A stretch of DNA of 35,459 nt, taken from IMG/VR virus record IMGVR_UViG_3300025888_000007, positions 1 to 35,459 of that record. One strand, 5' to 3'. This DNA is from a virus. Lineage: Duplodnaviria; Caudoviricetes. Under the pieces are notes generated by a model, which made no database searches, was not told the origin of the DNA, and saw only the letters and a list, made by a program, of their open reading frames with translations. Made by a program: the position numbers and the translations under genes. This document shows positions 15,955-24,329 of this stretch, piece after piece. Every line of letters starts with the position of its first letter. The stretch's first letter is position 1.

Positions 15955-16479
15955 TTACCGCCACTGCGATTTCATCAATTCTATCTCACTTTTTGTTGGG
16001 GTTTCCACCCCAATTTCGTGAGCTTCTTGCATAACCCCGTCTAAAAGCTGTGACATTTGCAGGGTGTTGTAGTCGCTTGAACCAAAGTAGCAAAGCAACT
16101 GCGTTCCCTCTCCGCTTTTGGTTTTACCGACTTCCTCTGTCAACCGGTACATGGTTGTAAACATTTCAACGGCTTCCGTTTTTACAATCACATAGGTAAA
16201 TTGTCCGTATCGCTTGAGCATGATCAAATACAATTCATCTTTTGTTGTGTGAAGTACGGCCGCCATATCCGTCAATGTTTTCCAGAGTCGAGCGTTTGCA
16301 TCCAAGGAACGATGCTCCCTATGTGCCTTGATCTCGCAGTCAAGCAGCTTGCCCTTGTCCGTTGCTGTCTTGAGATCATTGAGCGATTCAAGGCCGTCTC
16401 GAGACTTGAGCGTGATGATGATTTCGGGCTTCATGTCGCTGTTGAATTGTAGGCGGATTTGGCTTGCCTGTGTTTTCAT
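15955..16479 (-). CDS. NinB/Orf-like recombination accessory protein
   Basis: RSLDANA-LW, Y--ML-RYG, GSS-Y-T-QMS-L-DG---EA---G-ET. Confidence 0.78.
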   Translation of the reverse strand: MKTQASQIRLQFNSDMKPEIIITLKSRDGLESLNDLKTATDKGKLLDCEIKAHREHRSLDANARLWKTLTDMAAVLHTTKDELYLIMLKRYGQFTYVIVKTEAVEMFTTMYRLTEEVGKTKSGEGTQLLCYFGSSDYNTLQMSQLLDGVMQEAHEIGVETPTKSEIELMKSQWR

Positions 16480-17126
16480 AAAATCATCTGCTCCCGTTCT
16501 TCTTGTGCCATTTCCTCGAGTTTCGGCTGTCTCATAAAGTCATCTAGCCTCTGCGTAGATTTGTCAAAGTAATCCTTGTCGAGCTCGAATCCCGTTGCAT
16601 CAAAACCCATGTCGTGACAGGCAATCAAAGAAGATGCAGAACCAACGTGCGTGTCAAGTATTTTGTCATTTGGTTTGGCATAGTTCTGCAATAGCCATTT
16701 ATATAAGGCAACGGGCTTTTGTGTTGGAGCTATTCTGTTTAAATCGGTTGACACGCGCTGAAATATCTTTGAAGGCTTGTCAAAACTAGTCCATCCCATT
16801 TCCCACGCCGAAAGCGTAGGCATCGTTTGTTTTTTATCCCAGCAAATCATGCATCTACTTGGAGGAAGGTTAAAGTAATTCCCCCCCCAAATGATTTGAT
16901 TTTTACTTACTCTGAACAACTCAACAAAATATGAATCATTTGGAACGATATCCCACTGTGATCCGTTTCTGTACAATACGGACATCGGTGTATTTTTTAG
17001 TTTTCCCCCGCCGTCGCTAAGCCGATTCCCTAGTCCATACGGCGGGTCAACAATAGCCAGATCGAAGTATTTGTCAGGGAACCGCCCCATTCCCACCATG
17101 CAATCTTCGTTTGTGTAAGTTATCAA
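16476..17126 (-). CDS. DNA methyltransferase (N6-adenine/N4-cytosine, beta class)
   Basis: DLAIVDPPYG, IIWGGNYF, PTQKPV-LY-W and ILD-H-GS-SS. Confidence 0.92.
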   Translation of the reverse strand: MITYTNEDCMVGMGRFPDKYFDLAIVDPPYGLGNRLSDGGGKLKNTPMSVLYRNGSQWDIVPNDSYFVELFRVSKNQIIWGGNYFNLPPSRCMICWDKKQTMPTLSAWEMGWTSFDKPSKIFQRVSTDLNRIAPTQKPVALYKWLLQNYAKPNDKILDTHVGSASSLIACHDMGFDATGFELDKDYFDKSTQRLDDFMRQPKLEEMAQEEREQMIL

Positions 17127-17389
17127 AGGTAATTCCTCCCAAAAGCGCGAACAAATTCTTCTCTCGCGTGCGTTCCCTCAAATCTTCTTTGGTATTCTTC
17201 CTTCAAGGCTCTATCAACTTCAATGCAGTTGTGAATAGCTCGCTTCCCGTTTAGGTGACAGTCCGGACAAACACGAATTGTCATGTCGTACTTTTCGGAT
17301 ATCTTGCGATTAGCAGTGCCGTAGAACACATGATGGTCAGAAAGATAATCCCATCTGTGGCACATCATGCATTCTTCGCGCTCTTTCAC
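17123..17389 (-). CDS. Zinc-binding HNH-like nuclease (Ref/NinG-like)
   Basis: CxxC...HHVF-G--NR--SE-Y...CxxCH...H...F---FGRNYL. Confidence 0.72.
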   Translation of the reverse strand: MKEREECMMCHRWDYLSDHHVFYGTANRKISEKYDMTIRVCPDCHLNGKRAIHNCIEVDRALKEEYQRRFEGTHAREEFVRAFGRNYL

Positions 17390-18126
17390 CTCAAGACCGG
17401 CGGCGCTTCCATTTTCTGCGCCATGTCCTTGAGCTGGTCGATGTTCAAATCAGTGAGTTTTTTGACTTTTGCATCGAGCTTGTTGTATGCCACCATTGCG
17501 GTTGAGTAGATCTCGTAGCGGAACCCGTCAGCGTTGCCCTTGTCTTTGCCTACAGCATCCGGATAGAGTAGGTGACCAATATGATTGATAATCCTTTGCT
17601 TATCGTCTGTGGGCGCTGTGGGCTGTTGTGGCGGCACTATAGGCGCAGTCTGCGGCTTAGGCGTAACCTTTGGTTTGGTTTCTTCCGGCGTTCCTGCGTC
17701 CGGGTCCGGCATTTCTTCGGTCGGTATACAAAAGACCTGGAATAGCGCATATTTAAATGCTATTGCCATTGCCTTGTTACTGCCCTTGTCTCCGGTGTCG
17801 TCCGATTCTCCAACCGTTACCGCCTCAACGGAAGATCCATCATCCGCGTAAAACGTGTACTTGACCTTGAATATTGACAGGTGTGAAATGCCGCCGTTCT
17901 TTGTCTCTCTGTCGCTTCTGTTCTGTTCTAAAACGGACGGAACAACAAAGACGTGATACTTTGCCAACATCGGCTGCAGAGCGTTCATGACATCGTCAAT
18001 GCCCCTGTACATAAACCCTTGCTGGACGTTTTTCTTTCCCTTTGCGACTGCTCCGATGTCACCAATGATCGAGCAGATAGCCGCGTAGATTTTTGGCTCA
18101 TAAACTTTCAATGTTTCGGCACTCAT
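17386..18126 (-). CDS. erf: ERF-family single-strand annealing recombinase
   Basis: K--KN--QGF-YRGIDDV-NAL-P, DGS, GE--D-GDK--NKAM--A-KY-L---F-IPT---DPD. Confidence 0.88.
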   Translation of the reverse strand: MSAETLKVYEPKIYAAICSIIGDIGAVAKGKKNVQQGFMYRGIDDVMNALQPMLAKYHVFVVPSVLEQNRSDRETKNGGISHLSIFKVKYTFYADDGSSVEAVTVGESDDTGDKGSNKAMAIAFKYALFQVFCIPTEEMPDPDAGTPEETKPKVTPKPQTAPIVPPQQPTAPTDDKQRIINHIGHLLYPDAVGKDKGNADGFRYEIYSTAMVAYNKLDAKVKKLTDLNIDQLKDMAQKMEAPPVLR

Positions 18127-18128
18127 TT

Positions 18129-18407
18129 TCAGCCCTCCTTAATCTTTGCTTCCGATACCGCGATTCTGTCCAAATACCACTGAATATTCAGCTTTATGTT
18201 TTTCTGTTGAATCTCCATTTGAAAATTGGGATCATCTGTTTTTTGGCGTTCTTCTTCAAGTTGTCTTTTGTCTGTTGCTAATCTGCACTCATACATTGTT
18301 GCCTTATCAAACCGCCCGCAGCAGTTGCAATGCACGCAAATCATGCTGTAGCTGTCATATGGGTTGTAACAATCGTCATTGGAGGTAAAAGAAACATGTC
18401 CATCCAT
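18129..18407 (-). CDS. Hypothetical Cys-rich protein
   Basis: CYN...ICVHCNCCGR; GGAGGGG RBS. Confidence 0.65.
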   Translation of the reverse strand: MDGHVSFTSNDDCYNPYDSYSMICVHCNCCGRFDKATMYECRLATDKRQLEEERQKTDDPNFQMEIQQKNIKLNIQWYLDRIAVSEAKIKEG

Positions 18408-18408
18408 G

Positions 18409-19836
18409 TCACCCCTCCTTGATTTCGCGATAGCTGTACCCCAGCTGGTTCAACATTTCGAGCAGTGCATCGATGCGTTCGATTGTGTCCACAACCGCAA
18501 TTTTGATAGTCGCTGTTTTGGGTTCCGCCCGTTCGTTGACTTCTTCCGGTCCCGGTTCAAATGCCGGAAACTCGAAATCATCAGGAGAGAAATCAGGAAT
18601 GGCGAAATCATCAATGAACTTTGATTTAGGAAGATACTTGAGATATGGGATGAATCGTTCTGGAACATCTTCAACTGTTCCAAACCCGGATATTTGTGCA
18701 TCCGTTTTTCCCCGCTTTGTGCTTACTTCCCAAATTTCGCCGACGCGATATTCCGAACCTTCGGGAAGCAAATAAGAATATTCTTGCCCTCTAAATTCTC
18801 CCTCTTCGTTTGGAAAGCGCACTCGCGCTATTTTTTGTAAGGCGGATTCAACAATGGCTTCCGGTACCGGTTCGGGATTCGGCATTTCTTCCGGTATTGG
18901 TTCGGGTGCCAGCATCGGCGCGGGTCTGTATGCCGCCCTCTGTGCCTCTATAGCTGCTTTCTGTGCCGCTATGACCTTGTGTCTTGCCGCGACGGTTGTA
19001 ATGGCTTGTGCCGCGTTGAGAGTGGGTATGTACTCAACAAGGATTTCCGCTTGATCCGGCTGTAGAGAGATCATTTCCAAATCGTCAGATACACGGTCAA
19101 CAAAGTCGGCACACTGCTTTTTGAGAGCCTCTGTGTTGGCTGTCTTCGTGACATTCAAGCCAACTCTTTCAAATGTGAGGAAATCGATATTTGAGTAGTT
19201 TAAAAGATAATCGGCAAAGTATTCTCTGATCTCTGCTTCCTTGACACCCTTGATTGCGTCCTCATATTCGTCAACTATCTTCTTGAGACGGCTTTCTGCA
19301 TCAATAAGCGGAGCAGATATGTTTTTCTTGTAAGGCACAAGGAAATCATCGTATTGCTTGTCGAGCGCCTTGTTTAATCTAATGCGCTGACCTTCAAATT
19401 CTTTGAACATGTTGTTCAGTTCTGCCCTGCCTGCCTTAATCGACTGAATGCCTTCCTTTGTGGGAATTATTGAAAGATAATTTGCAATCTTCTCAGCTAT
19501 CAACGCATTCTCCGCTTCGAGTCTTGCCTCTATTGTCGGAAGAGCGTCGACGCAGATAAGCTCACTAGGTTCTTTGGTTTTCATGTTTGTACTCCCTCCT
19601 ATAAATGCTATAGATTCCAGCGACTTTATCTTGCTCGCCGAAAGATAGCTAGTCCATGTTAGATCGACAATAATCGCTGATACGTAAGTCTCTTTCAACG
19701 GGACGCAGACCATTACGCCGCCCTCGCACTTTTCCTCAAGGTGTTTCGGGATAAGATACGGAAAATCGTGACCCGTGGGTTTTCCGTTGTCATCCAAGAA
19801 ATGTACCATTGCAACCGGCTTTTTCTCGACCGTCAT
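18409..19836 (-). CDS. DUF1351-family coiled-coil protein with N- and C-terminal extra beta-barrel domains
   Basis: Central K--RAELN---K-FE-QR helical region sits upstream of erf, the usual DUF1351 position. Related V-F-----G----Y--P domains flank it. Confidence 0.72.
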   Translation of the reverse strand: MTVEKKPVAMVHFLDDNGKPTGHDFPYLIPKHLEEKCEGGVMVCVPLKETYVSAIIVDLTWTSYLSASKIKSLESIAFIGGSTNMKTKEPSELICVDALPTIEARLEAENALIAEKIANYLSIIPTKEGIQSIKAGRAELNNMFKEFEGQRIRLNKALDKQYDDFLVPYKKNISAPLIDAESRLKKIVDEYEDAIKGVKEAEIREYFADYLLNYSNIDFLTFERVGLNVTKTANTEALKKQCADFVDRVSDDLEMISLQPDQAEILVEYIPTLNAAQAITTVAARHKVIAAQKAAIEAQRAAYRPAPMLAPEPIPEEMPNPEPVPEAIVESALQKIARVRFPNEEGEFRGQEYSYLLPEGSEYRVGEIWEVSTKRGKTDAQISGFGTVEDVPERFIPYLKYLPKSKFIDDFAIPDFSPDDFEFPAFEPGPEEVNERAEPKTATIKIAVVDTIERIDALLEMLNQLGYSYREIKEG

Positions 19837-19837
19837 A

Positions 19838-20029
19838 TTAGTTTCCCTCCACTTTCATATTGTCGATGCAGTCAGCGCAGAACACGTTTCCGCAAATCTC
19901 GTATCTGGTTTCGCCGGTAATATCTTCGCTGCACTCGTCACATAAAATCTTTGGGTCCTCATATTCTGGAGCAGAGAGATATTTGTCCTCTGCTCGGTTC
20001 ATAGCGGCTTGTTGTGCGTAATCGTTCAT
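19838..20029 (-). CDS. Small zinc-finger protein
   Basis: CDEC-EDI...Y-I-G--FC-DCI. Confidence 0.72.
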   Translation of the reverse strand: MNDYAQQAAMNRAEDKYLSAPEYEDPKILCDECSEDITGETRYEICGNVFCADCIDNMKVEGN

Positions 20030-20223
20030 ACGACCTCAACCTCCGTTCCTTCGTAAAAAGCAAGAGTGGTGATCGAGTTTGAAACGTGTCCCGCCCTTGC
20101 CAGTTCAGCGCCGGAAATCATGATAAGATTTCCCTCTACCTCGTATCTCTTGGCCTTGACAATCTTTCCGATGCACTCATTTGGCAGACAATACCCCGTT
20201 TCGTTCAAAATCTTAACTTTCAT
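20026..20223 (-). CDS. Hypothetical protein
   Basis: 65 aa with an AGGAGG RBS. Confidence 0.7.
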   Translation of the reverse strand: MKVKILNETGYCLPNECIGKIVKAKRYEVEGNLIMISGAELARAGHVSNSITTLAFYEGTEVEVV

Positions 20224-20243
20224 TGATTTCCCTCCTGTGCCTG

Positions 20244-20498
20244 TCAGCCCTTTGCGGCTCTTTCCCTTTCGGCTTCTTCTAATTTGAAAATTCGCGTAAT
20301 GTCGTTTGCTCTTCGTTGAAATCGGTCAATCGAAGACTGAATGCGCGCGATTCTGTTGTCGATATCGGGGAAGTCTTTCTTCGTGGGATTGGGAGCATCG
20401 CAGCATTTCTTCAAGTCTTGTGTGCGACCCCGTGCTTCGTTTAGAAAAATCAAGGCGATGTTCAGATCGTCCAGTTCGGATTTGAGTGCTTCGTTCAT
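20244..20498 (-). CDS. Hypothetical helical protein
   Basis: Probable start MNEALK at 20498 after GAGGGAG. Confidence 0.62.
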   Translation of the reverse strand: MNEALKSELDDLNIALIFLNEARGRTQDLKKCCDAPNPTKKDFPDIDNRIARIQSSIDRFQRRANDITRIFKLEEAERERAAKG

Positions 20499-20632
20499 TT
20501 GTTCTCCCTCTCGAACGTTTTCCCGCACGTTTCAGCGGATTCAATGCATCGCTTGTCGCAATATCCCGTGCACTCACGGCAGCAGATACGCGGGCAAAGT
20601 GCTTCTTCTGATTTTCTGTGACAAAATTTCAT
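20495..20632 (-). CDS. Small Cys-rich protein (45 aa)
   Basis: Manual ORF MKFCHRK...CPRICCRECTGYCDKRC...CG with an AAGGAG RBS and ATGA overlaps. Confidence 0.6.
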   Translation of the reverse strand: MKFCHRKSEEALCPRICCRECTGYCDKRCIESAETCGKTFERENK

Positions 20633-20760
20633 TTCTCAGTTCTCCTTATGTGTTCTTCTTTGGCGTCCTGCTCTGCGCTGAACTGGTTCCAAGTGATACA
20701 GACAATGGCAGCCAGACCGAGAAAAACAAACATTCCTATTGCCAATCCTGCGTTATTCAT
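20629..20760 (-). CDS. Small membrane protein (43 aa)
   Basis: Manual ORF MNNAGLAIGMFVFLGLAAIVCITW... with ATGA overlaps. Confidence 0.55.
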   Translation of the reverse strand: MNNAGLAIGMFVFLGLAAIVCITWNQFSAEQDAKEEHIRRTEK

Positions 20761-21134
20761 AGCAGTGTACGGAGGTCAATAGGTTTGGAATTATTGTCAC
20801 TTACAAATAGTTCGCAAAGAGGCTTAATATTCGGGATGTCGCAAATCGGATATACAGGTGACATTTTGTCAAGTTCGCTTATATATGTGATGAGCTGTGT
20901 TTTTCTTATCCACGGCAACCCGATTGCGACGGCCAGCACCGCCGCCTTGCGTTCTGCAACATTCAAGATGATCGGTTCGATGTGGGGCGATGCAAGCCAA
21001 GCAAGGAAATCCCTGGTATCCTGATAAGATGACGTTTCTCTTCTCGCCAAAAACTCTTCGCGTTTTTCTCTTTGTCTCATGTCTGATTCGGCGGTTTTCA
21101 GTGCCAGCAACCATTCAAAATTTGTCTGTTTCAT
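20757..21134 (-). CDS. Hypothetical protein
   Basis: 125 aa with an AAGGAG RBS and ATGA overlap. Confidence 0.6.
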   Translation of the reverse strand: MKQTNFEWLLALKTAESDMRQREKREEFLARRETSSYQDTRDFLAWLASPHIEPIILNVAERKAAVLAVAIGLPWIRKTQLITYISELDKMSPVYPICDIPNIKPLCELFVSDNNSKPIDLRTLL

Positions 21135-21325
21135 CTTCTGCTCCTTCTGGGTTCGTATGCCTCGCCCTCAACATCGAATGGACTGACATCAAAAGTACCC
21201 ATGTGCCGATATTTCTTCCGGTCTTTCTTTTGGAGATAGTCATTGATTGCAAAGGTCAAAACGAATATGATCGTACAAAGTGTCGAGATAATACCGATTG
21301 CGGCAAATACGAAAATAACTCCCAT
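21131..21325 (-). CDS. Small membrane protein
   Basis: Hydrophobic N-terminal helix followed by basic residues; AGGAGG RBS. Confidence 0.65.
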   Translation of the reverse strand: MGVIFVFAAIGIISTLCTIIFVLTFAINDYLQKKDRKKYRHMGTFDVSPFDVEGEAYEPRRSRR

Positions 21326-21337
21326 TTCATCCTCCTT

Positions 21338-21514
21338 TCACATAAGCTGACTGACGTTCACTTTCAATCCATCAGCTATTTTGTATAGTATCTTGATTGT
21401 CGGAGACCGTTCCCCTCGTTCGTATCTCTGGATTGATCGTATCCCGATACCGGCTTTTTCGGCAAGTTCTTTCTGTGTCATTTTCTTAGATTTTCGAATC
21501 TGCTCTATTTTCAT
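21338..21514 (-). CDS. Cro-like XRE/HTH_3 regulator (58 aa)
   Basis: IRK-K-MTQ-ELAEKAGI----I-RYE-G-R-P-I--L-KIA--L-V. Start at 21514 after AAGGGGG; first gene of the early operon. Confidence 0.9.
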   Translation of the reverse strand: MKIEQIRKSKKMTQKELAEKAGIGIRSIQRYERGERSPTIKILYKIADGLKVNVSQLM

Positions 21515-21545
21515 TTTCTGCCCCCTTCCTTGTTTTGCTAATACA

Positions 21546-21574
21546 ACAATAGCACCGTTCGGGCGTATCTGCAA
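21546..21574 (-). promoter_or_regulatory. Leftward early sigma-A promoter
   Basis: TTGCAG-17 bp-TATTGT with an extended TG. Confidence 0.6.
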
Positions 21575-21677
21575 TGACCAAACGGGCAACAATATGCACA
21601 AAAATTCAATCAAAAACTTGTATAATATCACAAACAAATGGGCGTATGCGACTATTGACGCTATGACCAAACGGACA
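21552..21677. promoter_or_regulatory. Operator-like 14-bp sites, consensus TGNCC-N4-GGNCA
   Basis: TGACCAAACGGGCA (21575-21588), TGACCAAACGGACA (21664-21677) and degenerate CGCCCGAACGGTGC (21552-21565, minus strand). Two of them lie in promoter spacers. Confidence 0.65.
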
Positions 21678-21683
21678 TATAAT
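21655..21683 (+). promoter_or_regulatory. Rightward near-consensus sigma-A promoter
   Basis: TTGACG-17 bp-TATAAT upstream of AGGAGG. Confidence 0.85.
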
Positions 21684-21718
21684 AGAGATATAAAAAAATA
21701 AAACAGGAGGAAAAGGAA

Positions 21719-22192
21719 ATGAGAGAGATTTTATTTAGAGGATGGGATGCGGAAAAGAAAATAATGCTTAATTGTGATACCTTGTGTTTTTGTCAGGGCG
21801 GCATTAAGTATAGCGATGGTTGCACGACCGATAAGTGGGCATATCGGAACAAAGGATTTGACAACATAAGGCAAGCAACAATTATCTTAGAACAATTTAC
21901 CGGACTTTTAGACAAGAACGGCACAAAGATTTTTGAGGGTGATATCTGTAAGTCACAATCAGGAATGACCCATCTTGATGGGAGGCGTGCCAAAGGAGAA
22001 TCTATTGTAACGTATCAAATTGGTTTTTGCGACGGGCATTTTTCAGAATTTAAGCTGTCGGATAACAATTGGAAAAATTATAAGTCAGAAGATTTTGCCC
22101 CTAGCACGATGTATAAAAGCGTCGTTGGAAAATACTTTGAAGTTATCGGCAACATTCACGAAAATCCGGAACTTTTGGAGGTGGAAACATGA
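21719..22192 (+). CDS. yopX: YopX-family protein
   Basis: MREI-FR-WD, Q-TGL-DKNG-KIFEGDI, EVIGNIHENPELL. Confidence 0.93.
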   Translation: MREILFRGWDAEKKIMLNCDTLCFCQGGIKYSDGCTTDKWAYRNKGFDNIRQATIILEQFTGLLDKNGTKIFEGDICKSQSGMTHLDGRRAKGESIVTYQIGFCDGHFSEFKLSDNNWKNYKSEDFAPSTMYKSVVGKYFEVIGNIHENPELLEVET

Positions 22193-22359
22193 AATGGTTT
22201 CTTCGAATATCGTTTACTATTCTCACCGTGTTGGCTGTCTTGATTGCAATCACAACATGGCGCATCTTTAACCCGCCGCACGTATCGGATTTAGCTATTT
22301 CTGATCTAACAATCACCGAACCGGCAACGATGGATTGGGTTAGAACTACCCTGTGCTGA
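22189..22359 (+). CDS. Small membrane-anchored protein (56 aa)
   Basis: Manual ORF MKWFLRISFTILTVLAVLIAITTWRIFNPP... with a GGAGGTG RBS and ATGA overlap. Confidence 0.65.
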   Translation: MKWFLRISFTILTVLAVLIAITTWRIFNPPHVSDLAISDLTITEPATMDWVRTTLC

Positions 22360-22387
22360 CCTCGCGCGTTACAATACCGATAAATAG

Positions 22388-22429
22388 AAAAAAGCCGCCT
22401 CAATCCCCGAAAGGAAAGAGACGGCTTTT
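22388..22429. terminator. Bidirectional terminator between convergent operons
   Basis: AAAAAAGCCGCCTC...GAGACGGCTTTT, flanked by an A-tract and a T-tract. Confidence 0.8.
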
Positions 22430-22431
22430 AC

Positions 22432-22530
22432 TTATGTCTTTTTGGTTCGATGTTTTTTCCCACAGTTCGGGCAATACGTCCAAGTAGAGAAGTCATTACA
22501 GTGCCGGCATTTCTTCTTTCTGAAAAACAT
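22432..22530 (-). CDS. Tiny basic zinc-ribbon protein (32 aa)
   Basis: MFFRKKKCRHC...YCPNCGKK after AGGAGGG. Confidence 0.55.
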   Translation of the reverse strand: MFFRKKKCRHCNDFSTWTYCPNCGKKHRTKKT

Positions 22531-22544
22531 ATGCCACCCTCCTG

Positions 22545-23336
22545 CTATTTGATTGCTGATGCAGGGAACCAAGCGGTAACATACCCCGCGCCCTTTAGAT
22601 CCATCCCATAAGGATACATTGTTCCCGCTGAAATCTTGAGGCACTTTCCGGGCATTGACATAGCGATGTAAGGTACCCCCTTGCCGTCAGACGAAGTATT
22701 ACCCACGACAGCAACGGAATATGTGCCACCGACGACAATTCCCGTTGCCGGAGCTGAAGGAGTTGGCAGGATAACAGCAGGTGGTACTACTGGCGGTACT
22801 ACCGCTGCAGCATATGCAATGCCAAAGTACGCAAGATGTCCCTTTGCCTGTACAATCCCGATATCCTCAATATGCGCAAGAATCCACTTGCAGTCCTCAA
22901 GGTTGTCATGAAATCCCCACTCAAAATAGACGCAAGGTGCATTCGTCTTGGTGACCTCGTGAAATGTGTACGTAACGATCTTTACAATTCTTTCCGGGAA
23001 CGCTTTTCTGACTTCTGCCGCACAAATGTTTGCCAGTTTGGTAGATTTCAAAGATGCATTTGCCGCATTGAAGCACCCTATGTACGTGATGCCCTTTGTC
23101 AGCCTGTTGTTCGCGTTTGTGTGCGAGCAGGAGTGAATATCTGCACCCCATGCGTTAGATCGGTCTGTACGCTGTGTGAACGTGTCACCTGGTACGTTGC
23201 GCATGGTCTCGACACCGTGACGCTTGAGTTCGCGCTCCGATACATCATCTATTCTTTTATTGACAGCGGATTCGACGTATCCGGAAACCGCGCCAATATT
23301 ACCGTCTTGACTTGAGGCTGATAAAAATACTTTCAT
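22545..23336 (-). CDS. Endolysin, N-acetylmuramoyl-L-alanine amidase (Amidase_3) with Pro-rich linker and C-terminal binding domain
   Basis: R---SN-WGADIH---HTNA, E---T-AP-VY-E-GFHDN--D; lies downstream of the holin. Confidence 0.9.
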   Translation of the reverse strand: MKVFLSASSQDGNIGAVSGYVESAVNKRIDDVSERELKRHGVETMRNVPGDTFTQRTDRSNAWGADIHSCSHTNANNRLTKGITYIGCFNAANASLKSTKLANICAAEVRKAFPERIVKIVTYTFHEVTKTNAPCVYFEWGFHDNLEDCKWILAHIEDIGIVQAKGHLAYFGIAYAAAVVPPVVPPAVILPTPSAPATGIVVGGTYSVAVVGNTSSDGKGVPYIAMSMPGKCLKISAGTMYPYGMDLKGAGYVTAWFPASAIK

Positions 23337-23629
23337 GATGTTCCTGCTTTCTTCGCTTCGTCCGATTTGGCAAATGTGACCGTGTAGATACCCATTGCAG
23401 ACGAAGCAACAATAACCGCATTAACAATAGCTATGGCGTATGCGTCAATTGCCCCGCCTGAGAAATACGTTGCCGCAACCATGATAGCCAAAGCCACAAT
23501 ATAGGCAAACACCCGCGTGTCAAGCTTTGCCATAAACGAAACCGTCTTGAAAAACTGTACGATAAGAAGCACTACGGGAACCGCGCCCGCCATTGTTAAA
23601 AGACCCGCCCATGTTACTAATGCATCCAT
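23333..23629 (-). CDS. Holin
   Basis: 98 aa with three hydrophobic segments and a charged C-terminus, overlapping the endolysin start. Confidence 0.82.
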   Translation of the reverse strand: MDALVTWAGLLTMAGAVPVVLLIVQFFKTVSFMAKLDTRVFAYIVALAIMVAATYFSGGAIDAYAIAIVNAVIVASSAMGIYTVTFAKSDEAKKAGTS

Positions 23630-23641
23630 AATAATTTCCTC

Positions 23642-24106
23642 CTATAAAACATTTAATCTTGCGTAGACTCCGAAGAATGATTCGGCCCATACGTTGTAAA
23701 TCCACGCCGCGTCTCGTTCCGATCCATAGCGTCCAAGATAATATCTCTTTCCGCCTATTCTTATTTGTGGCGCCCACTTGCTTGTCGCTTTGTTCCAATA
23801 CACGCCCTTATAGATTGAAGTTCCTCGCGGAGACATCTGATTCTGCTGGTTTTGTCTTTTTGTTACGTGCCGAAGATTTTCGCGCCGGTTATCAAGGCGA
23901 TCTCCGGTTATATGGTCAACCTCTAAACCCCCATTCTTACCCATAATGACAGCGTGCATAAGCACTTTCTCCTGCTCCCCGCCGTCTAGGGCAATCGATC
24001 TAACGGCATACCCCTGATTGTAGTACCACTTGTGCTTAGACAATTCTTCAAAATCCCCGTCGTCTACAATCGTGACAAATCCTTGCGTCAGCTTAATTTC
24101 TCTCAT
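23642..24106 (-). CDS. HNH_3-AP2 homing endonuclease
   Basis: I-LTQG---IVD--D, MH--IMG, VDHI-GD-LDNRR-NLR-----QN, AP2 motif S-YKGV-W-----KW...YLG-Y-----AA--YN. Start MREIK at 24106. Confidence 0.92.
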   Translation of the reverse strand: MREIKLTQGFVTIVDDGDFEELSKHKWYYNQGYAVRSIALDGGEQEKVLMHAVIMGKNGGLEVDHITGDRLDNRRENLRHVTKRQNQQNQMSPRGTSIYKGVYWNKATSKWAPQIRIGGKRYYLGRYGSERDAAWIYNVWAESFFGVYARLNVL

Positions 24107-24251
24107 GTTCGCCCACCCACGCATCAATTTTATCTTTGTCAAAAAATAAAAGGCCGCCTATGCGAACGTGAGGCATTCCCTCTTGCATCCACTTGTAAAC
24201 CGTCACCCTGCTAACTCCAAATAGTTGTACAATATCTTTCATTCTCAACAT
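24093..24251 (-). CDS. AlpA/excisionase-like small HTH protein (52 aa)
   Basis: Manual ORF MLRMKDIVQLFGVSRVTVYKWMQEGMPHVRIGGLLFFDKDKIDAWVGEHERN with a GGAGGTG RBS; overlaps the HNH start. Confidence 0.8.
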   Translation of the reverse strand: MLRMKDIVQLFGVSRVTVYKWMQEGMPHVRIGGLLFFDKDKIDAWVGEHERN

Positions 24252-24270
24252 GTGTATCACCTCCACCAAC

Positions 24271-24299
24271 ATTGTACAACTATTCAGAGAATATTACAA
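24271..24299 (-). promoter_or_regulatory. Sigma-A promoter of the HTH-HNH cassette
   Basis: TTGTAA-17 bp-TACAAT just upstream of the RBS. Confidence 0.6.
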
Positions 24300-24329
24300 C
24301 ATGTTACTAATCCACTTTCTTTTATTTGC

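Noticed and set aside
8534-17126. Restriction-modification system
   Set aside because: The two methyltransferases are far apart and have no adjacent recognisable restriction enzyme; they are orphan phage methylases.
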